Shown here piece by piece: positions 30,164-41,600 of a stretch of DNA of 64,000 nucleotides. The translations under genes and the position numbers were made by a program. The first letter of the stretch is position 1. Each line of letters starts with the position of its first letter. The stretch comes from Methanoregulaceae archaeon (GTDB lineage Archaea > Halobacteriota > Methanomicrobia > Methanomicrobiales > Methanospirillaceae), in NCBI GenBank assembly GCA_035543455.1, contig DATKKE010000037.1:11532-75531 (forward strand). The letters are read 5' to 3'. Below the pieces are notes generated by a model. That model saw only the letters and a program-made list of their open reading frames with translations. It was not told the DNA's origin and did not search any database.

Positions 30164-30359
30164 ACGTTTCGTGGCAGGTTCATTCCCGGATTTCGTTATA
30201 TGGTACTACTGTCCGGGAAAGGTATTATTCTGTCCCTGGAAATACTCACCATATTAAATCTTCTTAATTAAATTTTCATCTCCATCTATCAAACATTGCC
30301 TACCTGAAAAATCATAACGTGTCCGGTGAAATCTATGAACAGAAGAAAGCCCAAAAACA

Positions 30360-31520
30360 ATGACAGAAGGAACGTATAAACGGTCGCTCGGACAGCTGGA
30401 ACTGGTAAGCCTCGGGATAGGGGGGACCATTGGCTCCGGAATCTTCGTGGTACCGGGAATCGCCGCAGGCATCATGGGCCCCGGATCACTCATTGCATGG
30501 GTAATCGTGGCGATATCCGCCACCCTCGTAATGATCTCCATTGCATGGGCCGCCTCAAGGTTCGGGAGAAAAGGGACGTTCTTTGCTATTTTCAATTCGA
30601 TATTCGGCAGAAAGCTCTCAACGGTGCTGGTGATACTCTACGCGATATCTGCACTCCTCGGGGTGGCAACCATCGCCTCAGGTGTCGGGCAGTATATCTC
30701 ATATTTCAGCATCGGGAACCTCCTCATCATCGAACTGCTCATTCTTGCCATATTCTGCATCATAAATCTCATCGGAATATCGGTTTCCGGCCTTACAGAA
30801 AATATTCTGACCCTGTTAAAAATTCTGCCCCTGGTGGTAATTACATTCGCTCTCCTGCCATTTATCAAACCTGAAAATTTTGCTGCCACTGTCCCATTTA
30901 CTTTCGCGAGCCTGTTTTCAACGATTATAATCGTTTACTGGCCGTTTACCGGATTTGAGATCAGTGCAATACCTGTCGATGAGATGCGTGATCCCAGGAT
31001 GGTCGCCCGATCGCTTGGTATCGTCATGTTCATGGTTACCGCAATATATCTCCTCCTCAATATTGCCCTCATCGGGAGCACGGGGAGTGCACTCCTCGCT
31101 GTATCACCCGCCCCGGTTGCTACTGCGGCCGCATTCATGTTCCCTCATGCAGGGTACCTGGTGGCGGTAATAGGAATTTTTGCCATGCTCTCGGCTATGA
31201 ATGCATATATTATCGCATCGTCACGGGTACTCCACACAATTGCTACTGAGTACTCCGTCAGGGGTCTTAACCATCTCAACTCCAACGGGACTCCTGGAAT
31301 CGCATTGGTTACCTGTTGCGCCGTCACTGCATGCATGCTTTTTCTCTCCAATGAATTCAGCACTCTCGCGATATTGTCGGTGATAACGACTCTTGTCCCC
31401 TATATTTTCTTTTGCATAGGGGCATTTTTTTTGTTCCACGACACCGGACGCAGGATTATTTCAGGTCTCGGAGCCATGATGTCAACCGGTATTCTCGTAC
31501 TTTTCTTTCTCTATCACTGA
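30360..31520 (+). CDS. APC-family amino acid permease
   Basis: The 386-aa product is polytopic. Its N-terminal motif is LVSLGIGGTIGSGIFVVPG. Confidence 0.88.
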   Translation: MTEGTYKRSLGQLELVSLGIGGTIGSGIFVVPGIAAGIMGPGSLIAWVIVAISATLVMISIAWAASRFGRKGTFFAIFNSIFGRKLSTVLVILYAISALLGVATIASGVGQYISYFSIGNLLIIELLILAIFCIINLIGISVSGLTENILTLLKILPLVVITFALLPFIKPENFAATVPFTFASLFSTIIIVYWPFTGFEISAIPVDEMRDPRMVARSLGIVMFMVTAIYLLLNIALIGSTGSALLAVSPAPVATAAAFMFPHAGYLVAVIGIFAMLSAMNAYIIASSRVLHTIATEYSVRGLNHLNSNGTPGIALVTCCAVTACMLFLSNEFSTLAILSVITTLVPYIFFCIGAFFLFHDTGRRIISGLGAMMSTGILVLFFLYH

Positions 31521-31542
31521 TCCCTCCATAAGACTTCTTTTC

Positions 31543-31743
31543 ATGGGCGACAAGGACGAAAGAATTATATACAATTTGCTGGAATCCCGTCAGTCTTTCC
31601 CTAGATTTTCGGCTGACCGGGAATTCCGGTTCGGAATTTATTTTCAAGGGGAATGGTCCCCGATTCTGGATCCGATCGATAATCAGGATAGCCTCGTAGA
31701 CAAGGCCATTATACAGCTGAAAGGCAGGGTTCAATACGGCTGA
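31543..31743 (+). CDS. Possible small hypothetical protein (66 aa)
   Basis: The ORF lies between the permease gene and the hairpin terminator. I found no family and no clear ribosome-binding site. Confidence 0.25.
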   Translation: MGDKDERIIYNLLESRQSFPRFSADREFRFGIYFQGEWSPILDPIDNQDSLVDKAIIQLKGRVQYG

Positions 31744-31807
31744 ATTGTGGCAATCAGCTCTCAGGGCGTTTTCCTCCCGGAATTTGTTTTCTACTAGGGG
31801 AAAAAGG

Positions 31808-31834
31808 AATGGTCTTTTGTACAGACCATTTTTT
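31808..31834. terminator. Bidirectional hairpin terminator between convergent genes
   Basis: The stem is AATGGTCT-N7-AGACCATT (8 bp). TTTT follows on the plus strand, and AAAAA precedes it, which gives a T-run on the minus strand. Confidence 0.5.
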
Positions 31835-31860
31835 ATTGTAATTCTTTAATCAATATATTC

Positions 31861-32178
31861 TTACATGAGGGCGTTCTTTCCCTTCTCAAATTCTTCCAGG
31901 GATATCTCACCTTTGGCAAAACGCTCTTTCAGTACATCGAGTGCAGTCTTCTCAGGTTCAACCGGTTTCCTGACCTCCCGGATAATAACATACAGGACTG
32001 CGAGGAAATACCCGGCCATTGGTATGATAACAAGAATGAACCAGAGTGGAGCGCTCATCTTCTGTTCTTTGGCATCCCGATAGACGAAATATCCGATTAC
32101 CAGCTGGACCAGCCACACAACCATCATCAATAGAATATTCAAACCGGGATGTACCGGATACATATAACCTGGAGGCAT
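31861..32178 (-). CDS. Small membrane protein with a C-terminal SHOCT domain
   Basis: It has two TM helices followed by ALDVLKERFAKGEISLEEFEKGKNAL, the SHOCT consensus. Confidence 0.7.
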   Translation of the reverse strand: MPPGYMYPVHPGLNILLMMVVWLVQLVIGYFVYRDAKEQKMSAPLWFILVIIPMAGYFLAVLYVIIREVRKPVEPEKTALDVLKERFAKGEISLEEFEKGKNALM

Positions 32179-32366
32179 ACGTACTGGTCAATTGGCTGGT
32201 TAATATCCTTTCTGTTGATACAACTGAACCTGGCGGTCGTCCCTGCAAGGAAATAAAAAATTTCAGGGTATATATTGGGATTGATGGTAAGGCCCTGCCC
32301 GCTTAATCAGGACTGCTTAAAAAATTGGTCATGTGGTGTTGGTAAATGCCCCTGAATCTTCGATCG

Positions 32367-34754
32367 TCAGATGTTCTGCAAGGGTGCGCAGCTGGTTCCT
32401 GCACCCGGCAGCACACGTGGCGGCAGGTCGATATTCAGGGCTTCCTTCAATACCTCCTCAACAGTTTCAACCGTAACGAACGTCAGTTCGCTCCTGACAT
32501 CTTCGGGCACATCCTCAAGGTCACGTTCGTTGTCTCTGGGCAGAATGACTTTTTTTATCCCTGCCCGGTGAGCGGCAAGGACCTTCTCTTTGATACCTCC
32601 GACTGGCAATACCGCCCCGCTTAACGTGATCTCCCCGGTCATGGCAGTTTTCGGATCGACGATCGTTCCGGTAATCAGGGATGTGAGCGCAGTAAAGAGC
32701 GTAACACCTGCGGACGGGCCATCTTTGGGCGTGGCACCAGAGGGGACGTGGATATGGACATCGCTCGCGATGAAGTCGAAGCCGCTCCCTGTATGGGCCA
32801 GACGCGACCTGATCAGGCTCATCGAGATAGTTGCCGACTCTTTCATCACATCCCCGAGCTGGCCGGTGAGGGTAAGATTCCCTTTTCCCGGCATGAACGT
32901 TCCCTCGATAAAGAGGATGTCCCCCCCAACCGGGGTCCATGCCAGTCCGGTCACGACACCGGGAACCGTTTCTTTCCTCGCCTCTTCCTGCCTGATTATC
33001 TCTTTTCCAAGGATCCCGTTGAGCATGTCCGTCTTTATCAGGTATGGCAGCTCGGCGTTCCCTGAAACTATCTTCTCGGATACAAATCGTGCAATTTTTG
33101 CCAGCTGTTTTTTAAGCCAACGCACTCCTGCCTCGCGGGTGTATTTCTCGATGATTACATTGAGGGCGTCGTCTTCGATCCTGACTTTATCGGAATCGAG
33201 GCCGTGTTCTTCGAGCGTCGAAGGCAGCAGGTGGTCCCTTGCGATGGCGAATTTCTCATTTTTTGTATAACCCGATATCTCGATCAGCTCCATCCTGTCG
33301 AGAAGGGGCGCCGGGATTGTTGTCAGGGTATTTGCCGTCGCGATGAATAATACATCAGACAAGTCGTAGGGGACTTCGAGATAGTGGTCGGAGAACGTAC
33401 TGTTCTGTTCCGGGTCGAGCACCTCAAGGAGGGCACTGGCGGGATCACCCATGCTTGAAAATCCCAGTTTATCGATCTCATCCAGGATGAAAACAGGATT
33501 TTTTGTGCCTGCCCTTTTTATTCCGCTTATAATCCGTCCCGGCAGCGCTCCTACATAGGTCCGCCGGTGTCCTCTGATTTCTGCCTCGTCCCTGACGCCT
33601 CCAAGGCTTATCCGAATATATTTCCGGCCGAGTGCATCCGCAATACTCTTTCCCAGGCTGGTTTTGCCGGTACCCGGGGGTCCTGCGAAGAGGAGGATTG
33701 AACCCTGTTTCTCGTGTTTTAATTTCATTACAGCGAGGTGCTGAATAATCCGCTCCTTGACTTTTTCGAGCCCGTTATGGTTATCTTCAAGGACTTTCCG
33801 GGCATGCGCGATATCCACACCCGTTCTTTCTTCTGTCACCCAGGGGAGATCGAGGAGGAGATCGAGATAATTCCTGATGATATGGCTTTCATGATTCTGG
33901 CCTCCTCCTGATTCAAGTTTCCGGAGTTCAGACCGGGCTTTCTCCCGTGCATAGTCAGGCATCTTCGATTGCTCGATCCGTTCCCTGTATCCTCCATCCC
34001 CGGAACCTGAACCTTCACTCTCGTTAAGTTCATCCTGGATCACTTTCAGCTGTTCCCTGAGCATAGCTTCCCTGTTGGACTTCGTGACCTTTTCAGAAAC
34101 TTTCCGGGCCATCTCAACCCTGATGCTGATATTCTCTTTGAGATTCAGCAGGAGTTCAAGAAAACCGAGATACCGTTGTTTCGCCGAGACTGTTTCGAGA
34201 ATTTCCTGTTTTTCATGAACCGATACCGGAGTAAACGGCATAATGTATCCAATTACCTGGTCGATTGAGTCCATCCTGTCAATCGGCAGAGTAAAATGCT
34301 CGGAACCCTGGAAATGGCTGCTTATCTCGTGAATTGCTTTTTTAATCTCCGCAAGCATTGCCTTCCGGATTTCGTCATCAGGTTCGTCTTTATCAGGGAG
34401 GAGCCTGCAGGTAGCATAGAATTGCTCGCCTTTACGGTTTAGCGTAACCGCTTCCACTTTGTAAAGGGCGGCTGCGGCGACCACGTATCCGTCTTCGGAA
34501 GGATTCAGCACTGAGATCTTCAGAAGAGTCCCGGTCCTGTACAACCCCTCTGAAGTAACTTCCGAAGGTTCGTCGCTGTTTTTCACTGCGAGAGCAATTG
34601 CATAGGCAGCTTCATTATATTTCATCCCTGCTGCCAGCAGATCTCCGGTCTTTTTGTCGATCTTGAATTTCGTCCGGCTCTGCGGAAATACCACCAAATC
34701 ATAAAGTGGTATGACAGGGTACTCCCTGTTCTCATCGGTTTCTGTTGAATACAT
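32367..34754 (-). CDS. lon: ATP-dependent Lon protease, bacterial LonA type
   Basis: It has an N-terminal LON substrate-binding domain (YPVIPLYDLVVFPQ), the Walker A motif GPPGTGKTS, and the protease motif PKDGPSAG. No TM insertion is present. An alternative TTG start lies at 34769. Confidence 0.93.
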   Translation of the reverse strand: MYSTETDENREYPVIPLYDLVVFPQSRTKFKIDKKTGDLLAAGMKYNEAAYAIALAVKNSDEPSEVTSEGLYRTGTLLKISVLNPSEDGYVVAAAALYKVEAVTLNRKGEQFYATCRLLPDKDEPDDEIRKAMLAEIKKAIHEISSHFQGSEHFTLPIDRMDSIDQVIGYIMPFTPVSVHEKQEILETVSAKQRYLGFLELLLNLKENISIRVEMARKVSEKVTKSNREAMLREQLKVIQDELNESEGSGSGDGGYRERIEQSKMPDYAREKARSELRKLESGGGQNHESHIIRNYLDLLLDLPWVTEERTGVDIAHARKVLEDNHNGLEKVKERIIQHLAVMKLKHEKQGSILLFAGPPGTGKTSLGKSIADALGRKYIRISLGGVRDEAEIRGHRRTYVGALPGRIISGIKRAGTKNPVFILDEIDKLGFSSMGDPASALLEVLDPEQNSTFSDHYLEVPYDLSDVLFIATANTLTTIPAPLLDRMELIEISGYTKNEKFAIARDHLLPSTLEEHGLDSDKVRIEDDALNVIIEKYTREAGVRWLKKQLAKIARFVSEKIVSGNAELPYLIKTDMLNGILGKEIIRQEEARKETVPGVVTGLAWTPVGGDILFIEGTFMPGKGNLTLTGQLGDVMKESATISMSLIRSRLAHTGSGFDFIASDVHIHVPSGATPKDGPSAGVTLFTALTSLITGTIVDPKTAMTGEITLSGAVLPVGGIKEKVLAAHRAGIKKVILPRDNERDLEDVPEDVRSELTFVTVETVEEVLKEALNIDLPPRVLPGAGTSCAPLQNI

Positions 34755-34784
34755 TGCTGTTAGTCCCAATAATCTGGATTGAAT

Positions 34785-35276
34785 TTACCTGACTTTTCCA
34801 AGGATTTCAATGAGGATTTTCACCTCGTGGTCGTCTAAGGAATCCTTCACCCTTTCAATAAGCCGGAATAATGCGCTCTTTTCGGCCTTTGCGATCATCC
34901 GCCCTTTATCAGTCAGCCGGATATACAGGATTCTGCCGTCATCTGATGATTTCTCCCGGTAGACACAGTCCATGCTGACAAATTTGTTTATCATCTCGGT
35001 GATGGTGGGTTTTGAATTGCGGGTGATCTCAGCGAGCCTGGTGAACGTAATATCTCCCTGCTCGTCAATGGTCTTCAGATACCTGATCTGTTTGACCGTG
35101 ATATCAGGTACTGCACATTCAGAGAAAATGGCGCAATTGCATTCGTTTTTGATGCTGATCAGGTTATCGAACACCACAAACAGATGCTCTTGGTCTGGTC
35201 CCATTGTCTCTGCCTGGTATTTAGTTAGGGTCTCCCTAATAATAAGCTTGGTATGGGGACAATATTTCCAGGCCAT
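34785..35276 (-). CDS. MarR-family winged-helix transcriptional regulator
   Basis: The 163-aa product has the wHTH FTRLAEITRNSKPTITEMINKFVSMDCVYREKSSDDGRILYIRLTDKG. Its stop codon lies 30 nt upstream of the lon ATG on the same strand. Confidence 0.8.
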   Translation of the reverse strand: MAWKYCPHTKLIIRETLTKYQAETMGPDQEHLFVVFDNLISIKNECNCAIFSECAVPDITVKQIRYLKTIDEQGDITFTRLAEITRNSKPTITEMINKFVSMDCVYREKSSDDGRILYIRLTDKGRMIAKAEKSALFRLIERVKDSLDDHEVKILIEILGKVR

Positions 35277-35335
35277 GGTACCGCTTCACGAAGCCTGGAA
35301 CATGATTTTCCAGAAACAGACGTTTATCCATCATG

Positions 35336-35887
35336 TCAATGGTCAAGGCTTCTATAGATGCCGGAGCCGAGCCACCATGAATCGCCGACCTTCCTCACAT
35401 AACCGAGTTTCGGTTCAACTGAATTGTTATGAACAGGGTTTATATAGTAATACTGGACAAAACCGCTGCCATTCCTCGTTTTATCCCGCAATTCTTCAAT
35501 AAACAGATTCCCTGTTACATCCCTTTCATTATAAGGCGGTTCACCCCGATTTTCTCCGGGTTGATGGGGTGGGCTATCGTCGTTCCTTGAAATCATATAC
35601 ATAGATATACAGCTTCCCCGGAAGAATGAACCATTGGGGGATTTGAAAATTCGTATAATGCTTTTTCCCTGCCATATGTTTTTGCATACATCACGTCCTC
35701 GGCCACAAAAGGCAGCTAATTCCTCTTTTGTTGCTGTATTGGAGGATACCGATGTGGTAACCGGGGTTGAGCTATGAATGGGATCCGGTTGTACCTGGCT
35801 GCTTCTATTCTGCAGACAACAGGACAGCATCACACAAAAGACGAACAAAATCCCCGATATGATAATCGTTTTTCTTACCATCATCAC
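35336..35887 (-). CDS. Secreted or membrane-anchored single-Cache-like domain protein
   Basis: It has an N-terminal hydrophobic anchor. The C-terminal pattern GSGFVQYYYINPVHNNSVEPKLGYVRKVGDSWWLGSGIY resembles sCache_2. Confidence 0.55.
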   Translation of the reverse strand: MMMVRKTIIISGILFVFCVMLSCCLQNRSSQVQPDPIHSSTPVTTSVSSNTATKEELAAFCGRGRDVCKNIWQGKSIIRIFKSPNGSFFRGSCISMYMISRNDDSPPHQPGENRGEPPYNERDVTGNLFIEELRDKTRNGSGFVQYYYINPVHNNSVEPKLGYVRKVGDSWWLGSGIYRSLDH

Positions 35888-35976
35888 TATTATCCAGCAG
35901 GGCAGGTAAAAAATGCTGTCAATTCTGGATTAGCCAGAACAGTCTATCGATCACAGGAAATATTTCAGGCAATTCC

Positions 35977-36351
35977 TCACCGTGCAGCCAGTTCCTGGAT
36001 CTGCCCTGTCTCGAGGAATTGCTTTAAGGCGATGGCGTTATTGTATCGTTCATCATGGGCAGAAAACACAAATGTGACCTTTCCCTCCCTTTTTATAATC
36101 TCCCTCAATTGTTGGACAACCCAGGGTCTGTCATGGAGTTCCATAAAATATCTCTGGCGGAATGTTTCCCATTTTCCCGGATCGTGGCCGAACCATCTCC
36201 GGAGGGATGGGCTGGCTCCTGCCTCCCTTAACCAGAGGTCAATATGGGCATTTTCTTTTGACATCCCCCTTGGCCAGAGCCTCTCAACCAGTACCCGGTA
36301 CCCGTCTTCGGCAGCAGGATGGTCATATATGCGTTTCACAATGATAACCAA
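35977..36351 (-). CDS. DUF488 (YeaO-like) family protein
   Basis: IVKRIYDHPAAEDGYRVLVERLWPRGMSKENAHIDLWLREAGASPSLRRWFGHDPGKWETFRQRY matches the DUF488 consensus. Confidence 0.82.
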   Translation of the reverse strand: MVIIVKRIYDHPAAEDGYRVLVERLWPRGMSKENAHIDLWLREAGASPSLRRWFGHDPGKWETFRQRYFMELHDRPWVVQQLREIIKREGKVTFVFSAHDERYNNAIALKQFLETGQIQELAAR

Positions 36352-36469
36352 AGAAATGCACCCCTTTCGATACGGAAAGACCCCTGGTATCTCATAACGA
36401 TTTTTACGAAATTCATTTTAGGAGACAAAGTCTGAAATATTTTGGTATCCATTTTCCCAGGGAATATAT

Positions 36470-36775
36470 TCATTTCCGGTTGTAAGTATTAATCTTTTCC
36501 AACGTTACTTCGAGTATACCGTCCTGGAATTTTTTATTGCCCAACCTGACCTTACAGGGGAGTAAAATTTCTTTTTTCTGGGATTTCATCGTTGAATCCA
36601 TCCACTGTAGGGTCAACATATTGTTTTCCAGGTTAATCCTGATTTTTTCTTCCTCGACCCCGGGCAACTCTGCAACAACTGATAGATAACTCCCTTCATC
36701 GATGATGTGGTTTACCGGGGCCTCAATGCGGAAATCCCTCATTCCCTGTCGTTCTTTATTTTTCATATATATCAC
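36470..36775 (-). CDS. Hsp20/alpha-crystallin-like small protein
   Basis: YLSVVAELPGVEEEKIRINLENNMLTL ... GILEVTLEKI matches the ACD beta-sandwich pattern. Confidence 0.6.
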   Translation of the reverse strand: MIYMKNKERQGMRDFRIEAPVNHIIDEGSYLSVVAELPGVEEEKIRINLENNMLTLQWMDSTMKSQKKEILLPCKVRLGNKKFQDGILEVTLEKINTYNRK

Positions 36776-37269
36776 CGGTCCATTTCAGAAATTGTTATTG
36801 TGCAGGCTGGTATATCCCGTTCATGGTAAATTTTTTCCAGGGACATTACCTTGGGTATTTTTCGGATGTGTGGTTGGATATCCTACAGACTCAATGGATA
36901 ACCCGGTTAAAAAATATACTTCAATGTTTCAATATTTGTTTCAGATTTTAAGATCAGGAACACCTCCTATGTTCTCAATTATTTTTGGTGATTTGGTGCC
37001 ATCGGCCCCTAATACATTTCTTATTCATCGATATTCAATGACGCTCCGGGGCTCTGCCCCGCCGCTGCGGCAACCCCGGTCGGGATAGAAGTAAAATCCA
37101 ATTACACGTGATTTTAAGATTTAACCGCGAACTTATTGAACTGGCATCCTAATAAAAAATGATAGTTAACGAGAATTAAAAGCTTCTCCACTTAGGTCTG
37201 TTTCAAATCAAATAATTGCATTAACTATAGGTTAGGGTGGACTTTACCCTATCCCCTCATTTTTTGAGT

Positions 37270-38598
37270 TCATGCCATTTTTTCACCACTCCCGAGAATA
37301 TGTCGGAACACAAGTTTATATTCGTTCAGTTTCTGGGTAACAAAAACTCTCCCCTTATCATTAGGGCAATATAATTTTGATTTTCCTGATATCCTGATAT
37401 CAAGATATCCATTTTTTTCGAGATCATAAAGCAGCGAATATACCCGTGCCTGCGGGATCAGGACATTGTAACGGTTGTGTATTTCGTGAACGATATCGTA
37501 CCCTGAAATCGGCTTGATAAGCATTGAGAGAACTACAGGCTCCAGTGATTTTTTTACGACTTCATCGATAACTGACTGTGGAACGGCAGATACGGAGTCG
37601 GCGGGAAAAGTATGGTGTGCAAATGACAGGGTTGTTTCTTTTCCTGTGGATACAATAATTTTAGGCACGTTCTCCGCAAGTATCGTTATCTTGCTGTGAT
37701 CGAGACTTCCGATGTTAAGTGCTATGATCCCGGAAACGGGAACCCCGCTCTCTTTCTTCGAGATGATGAAATTTTTTATCGCGATAATATCGTCAAATTC
37801 ATCAGTTTCCGAAAAATCCACGAGTATATGAAGATCCTGTTTCGTCCGGCCATAATCCAGTGATCCAATACATTTTTCCAGGATCTGAAGGAAGGTATAT
37901 ACTTCATTTCTTTTCAGGCGAAACGTAAAGAGCTGCTCTTTCTGTATCTCGGGCAAAAAGTATTTCTGCACGGTGGACCTGAAATAGGCAAACAGGTTGC
38001 GTCCGCCTTTTTTTTGGGCCTCTTCCAAAGCGAACTTGAAAACAGGTTCTTTTACCGTCCGATCGGTGTAGAGAAACAAGAGGATATCAGAGAAAATATC
38101 TTCCAGCAAAACAGTTTTTATTTCAGGCAGGTCGAGATACGCCGGCTCCGATTCGCCAGTCCCGGCGGTGACAACACCCCCGGCACTTCGGGCAATATCG
38201 GTTTTATTCCTGTTTGCTTCCTCCTTTTCTATCGCTTTCCTGAACAGTGCAACCTCGATGGCCGCTTTTAACCCGAGCTCATCGAAAGGTTTGACGATAT
38301 AGCCATAGGGCCGGACATGTTTTGCTTTCTCGATGATCGTATCATCAGCATATGACGTGACAAATACCACGGGAATATCGAGTTCCTCCGTGATAATTTT
38401 CGCAGCTTCGATACCGTTTATCTTCCCGGGCATGACAATGTCCATCAGAATAAGGTCAGGCTTGGTCACTTTTGCCTTGCTGATGGCTTCTTCGCCGGAA
38501 GCAGCCATTCCTACAACAGAATATCCCATTGCGGTAAGCCGCTCTTCCAGTTGCATCGTGATAATCGCTTCATCGTCGACGATCAATATGTTTGACAT
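37270..38598 (-). CDS. Response regulator: REC domain, an unassigned central region of about 190 aa, and a C-terminal PadR-like winged HTH
   Basis: The REC domain is ILIVDDE...DLILMDIVMPG...VKPF. The C-terminus is ISGYDIVHEIHNRYNVLIPQARVYSLLYDLEKNGYLD. The start codon lies 4 nt after the kinase stop. Confidence 0.85.
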   Translation of the reverse strand: MSNILIVDDEAIITMQLEERLTAMGYSVVGMAASGEEAISKAKVTKPDLILMDIVMPGKINGIEAAKIITEELDIPVVFVTSYADDTIIEKAKHVRPYGYIVKPFDELGLKAAIEVALFRKAIEKEEANRNKTDIARSAGGVVTAGTGESEPAYLDLPEIKTVLLEDIFSDILLFLYTDRTVKEPVFKFALEEAQKKGGRNLFAYFRSTVQKYFLPEIQKEQLFTFRLKRNEVYTFLQILEKCIGSLDYGRTKQDLHILVDFSETDEFDDIIAIKNFIISKKESGVPVSGIIALNIGSLDHSKITILAENVPKIIVSTGKETTLSFAHHTFPADSVSAVPQSVIDEVVKKSLEPVVLSMLIKPISGYDIVHEIHNRYNVLIPQARVYSLLYDLEKNGYLDIRISGKSKLYCPNDKGRVFVTQKLNEYKLVFRHILGSGEKMA

Positions 38599-38601
38599 CG
38601 A

Positions 38602-41600
38602 TCAGGCCTCCGGTGTCCAAAGCGGAAATTCAATGATAACCTCAGTTCCATTCCTGCTCCTGATCTCAAAAACCCCCTTCAATTGTTGCTTCATCAGCGT
38701 CCGGATTAACTTCATGCCAAGACTCGTTGTCTTGGAATGATCGAATCCTTCAGGCAACCCTACACCGTCATCCTTGACTACAATTCTTATACGGTTGTGG
38801 TTCTGGTTAACCATTACCGATATAATACCTTGCCGGCGTCCCCTGAATGCATGTTTGTAAGCATTCGAGAGGATCTCATTCATGACAAGTGCACAGGGAA
38901 TGGCCTGGTCTACCGGGACGACTATATCCTCTGAATTAATTTCACAGGTAATGTCATGCCCTTTAGAGGAATAAATATTCGACAGGGAAGAGATCTGATC
39001 TTTGATCTGCTCTTTAATATTGATTCTTCCAAACTGCTTGCTTTCATACAGACGGGTATGAATCTGTGCCATTGTCTGTATTTTCAACATCATATCTGTC
39101 AGAATACTGTGGGTAACAGGGTCTGTTGTCCTCATCCGTGTCATATCCAGGAGTCCTGATACGAGCTGGAGGTTGTTTTTCACCCGATGATGTATCTCCC
39201 GCAATAATATTTCTTTTTCGCGAAGGGATTCAATAAGGCTCTGTTCTGCACGTTTACGGTCGGTGACGTCGCGGTAGCTCCATACCCGTCCGACAATAGA
39301 GTTTCCCAGTTTCTGGGGTTTCGAAAAACGCTCAAAAATCCTGCCATCCTTCAGTTCGACCATGTCGTAACTTTCCCTTTCATGGTGCTCATTAAGCTCC
39401 CGGGCGCTTTCCAGGAAACCTGATGGGTTTTTGACCCGGGTAAGAAGTAATTCCACGAGAGCCGGTTCTCCCCGGGATTCTATTGTCTCTCTGGGTATTT
39501 TCCACATCTCAAGAAAATTCTGATTGAAACTGGTAATTTTTTTTGCATTGTCGACGACAAGAATGCCATCTGCGGTTGATTCGAGAGATGAATTCAGCAG
39601 GGACAGCGTGTTCCGGAGTTCGTTCTCTTTCCTGATCAACGCCTCCTCGGCCTGGTTACGTTCGGTTGCGTCCTGGCCGATGATGGTCAGGCCGTCCTCC
39701 ATAGGATAGGTATGCAACTCGAAATCCCTGCCCTTAACGATGGAACTCTTGTTTGTGAAGGTAAGCGGTTCCCGGCTGACCATTGCCCTGCGATAAAACG
39801 TCTCCAGAGGAGTCCCACGGATTGTTGGGAATACTTCATCAATGGTTTTCCCTACTATCTCCCCGGTCGATTTATTAATATATTCACGTGCCTTCCTGTT
39901 GGCATAGGTGAAGCGCCAGTCTTTATCAAGAGCAATAAAACTATCGCTAATCGATTCCAGGATTGTAGAAGTCCTGCTGTAAGACCGACGCAATTCTTCT
40001 TCTGCAAATTTACGCTCGGTAATATCCTGGCCCTGCGCAATCGTTGCAATCGTTGTTTTTCCGTCCTCTCCATACAAAGTGGCTGAATTCCAGAGGACCG
40101 TCTTTATGTCCCCGTTTTTATGGAGGATAGGAATTTCCACGACCTCCCATCGGTCGCCTTTCGATGTTTTCCTGATACGGTCCATTGCCTCGGGCCGGTA
40201 TGTTTCAGGGATGAAAATTTCCGGGGTCTTCCCGATGACTTCCTGTGCCGTCATCCCGGTGAGCCTTTCGAATGCCTGATTGAATCGTGTGATGCGGAAT
40301 TTTGGGTTCCAGACTACAATAGGGGCATTGGCATAATTAATCAGGTTTTCAAGGTACTGGCTCGTCTCACGCAGGACCTTTTCCACCCGTCGGCGCTCTT
40401 CGATCTCATTCCTGAGACTGATGTTGATCTTGGATATTTCAGAGGTCCCTTTGCCGACCTGTTCCTCCAGGAGATCATGGGCTATCAGGAGGGCCTCTTC
40501 AGCTTTTCTTCGTTCGGTGACGTCCCGCGCAGCGGCAAAGATACCGGTGACGGTACCGGTCTCATCCCGGAATACCGTCGCATTATAGAGGACAGGAGTA
40601 ACGTGCCCCTCCCTGTGAAGAAGTTCCAATGCATAATCGGTCACCGATCCGTCCCGGAACACTTTCTGGTAGCCTGCCTCTGCCTTCGCGGGTTCTGTGA
40701 AATAATTCGAGAAACTGGTTCCAATCAGTTCCTGCCTTGGGAATCCGGTTATTTTAATCGTTGCCTCGTTTACGTCACTGATGGTTCCATCCGGGTTGAT
40801 CGTGACAAGCGGGTCGAGGCTCGCCTCGATCAGGCTCCGGTGATACGCATTCGCTTTTTTAATCTCTTCTTCAGCTTTCTTCTGTTCGGTGATGTCGATA
40901 CCCATTTCGAGTATCATGAAGGTTCCGTCCGTATCAATGAACGGAAAATCATAGATGTCATAATCCCTGCCGTTCGGGCCGGTCCAGTACCAGTGGTGAG
41001 GGGCATGCGTTTTCATGACAGTATACGTCTCACAGATCTCGCAGGGCTCCGTGCGGTTGAAGAGGAAATCGTAACAACACCTGTCATGCGGCTCGTTGAA
41101 GGTCTCCCGGAAATAACGGTTGGCGAATGGCATGTGGTAATCCTCGTCAAGCAGGCAGACATAGACCGGCAATGTTTCAAGTACGCCGTACAGCCGGCGT
41201 CGTTCCGTGCCGAGGGATCTGACAGCTTTTTCAAGTTCCGAAGTTCTTTGCCGGACCTGGATCTCGAGATTGTCACGAACCTCTCTCAGTTCTTCTTCAG
41301 CCGACTTACGTTCGGTGACATCCCGCATGTAGACATCCACGCCTCCGGTCCATCCCTGCATGAACACCTCATACCACCGTCTGTTGAGCGGCGATTGCGC
41401 CTCATAGTGCTCCATCGTGTGATTTTCTGCGGCGTTAAGGTAGTGTTGATATATAGGGGTGCCCACGATACCCGGGTATAGATCCCATATAACCCTGCCA
41501 AGCAATTCGGCTGCCGGTTTTTCAAATGGAGCCCGTTCTGCTGCCGGGTTCACGGTCGTAAACCTCCACTGGTTGTCCAGGGAATAGAAGGTATCTGCAA

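Noticed and set aside
32590-33270. 226-aa plus-strand ORF (and neighbours) inside lon.
   Set aside because: It is antisense to the strongly supported Lon CDS and carries no recognisable motifs.
36702-37088. 128-aa plus-strand ORF in the gap between the response regulator and the Hsp20 gene; also ORFs 23715..23909 and 23781..24056.
   Set aside because: They have no ribosome-binding site and atypical composition, and they overlap promoter or terminator regions of well-supported genes.
40120-41481. 453-aa plus-strand ORF inside the large kinase gene.
   Set aside because: It is antisense to a well-supported multi-PAS kinase CDS. The product is low-complexity and Arg/Pro/Phe-rich with no motifs, which marks it as a shadow ORF.
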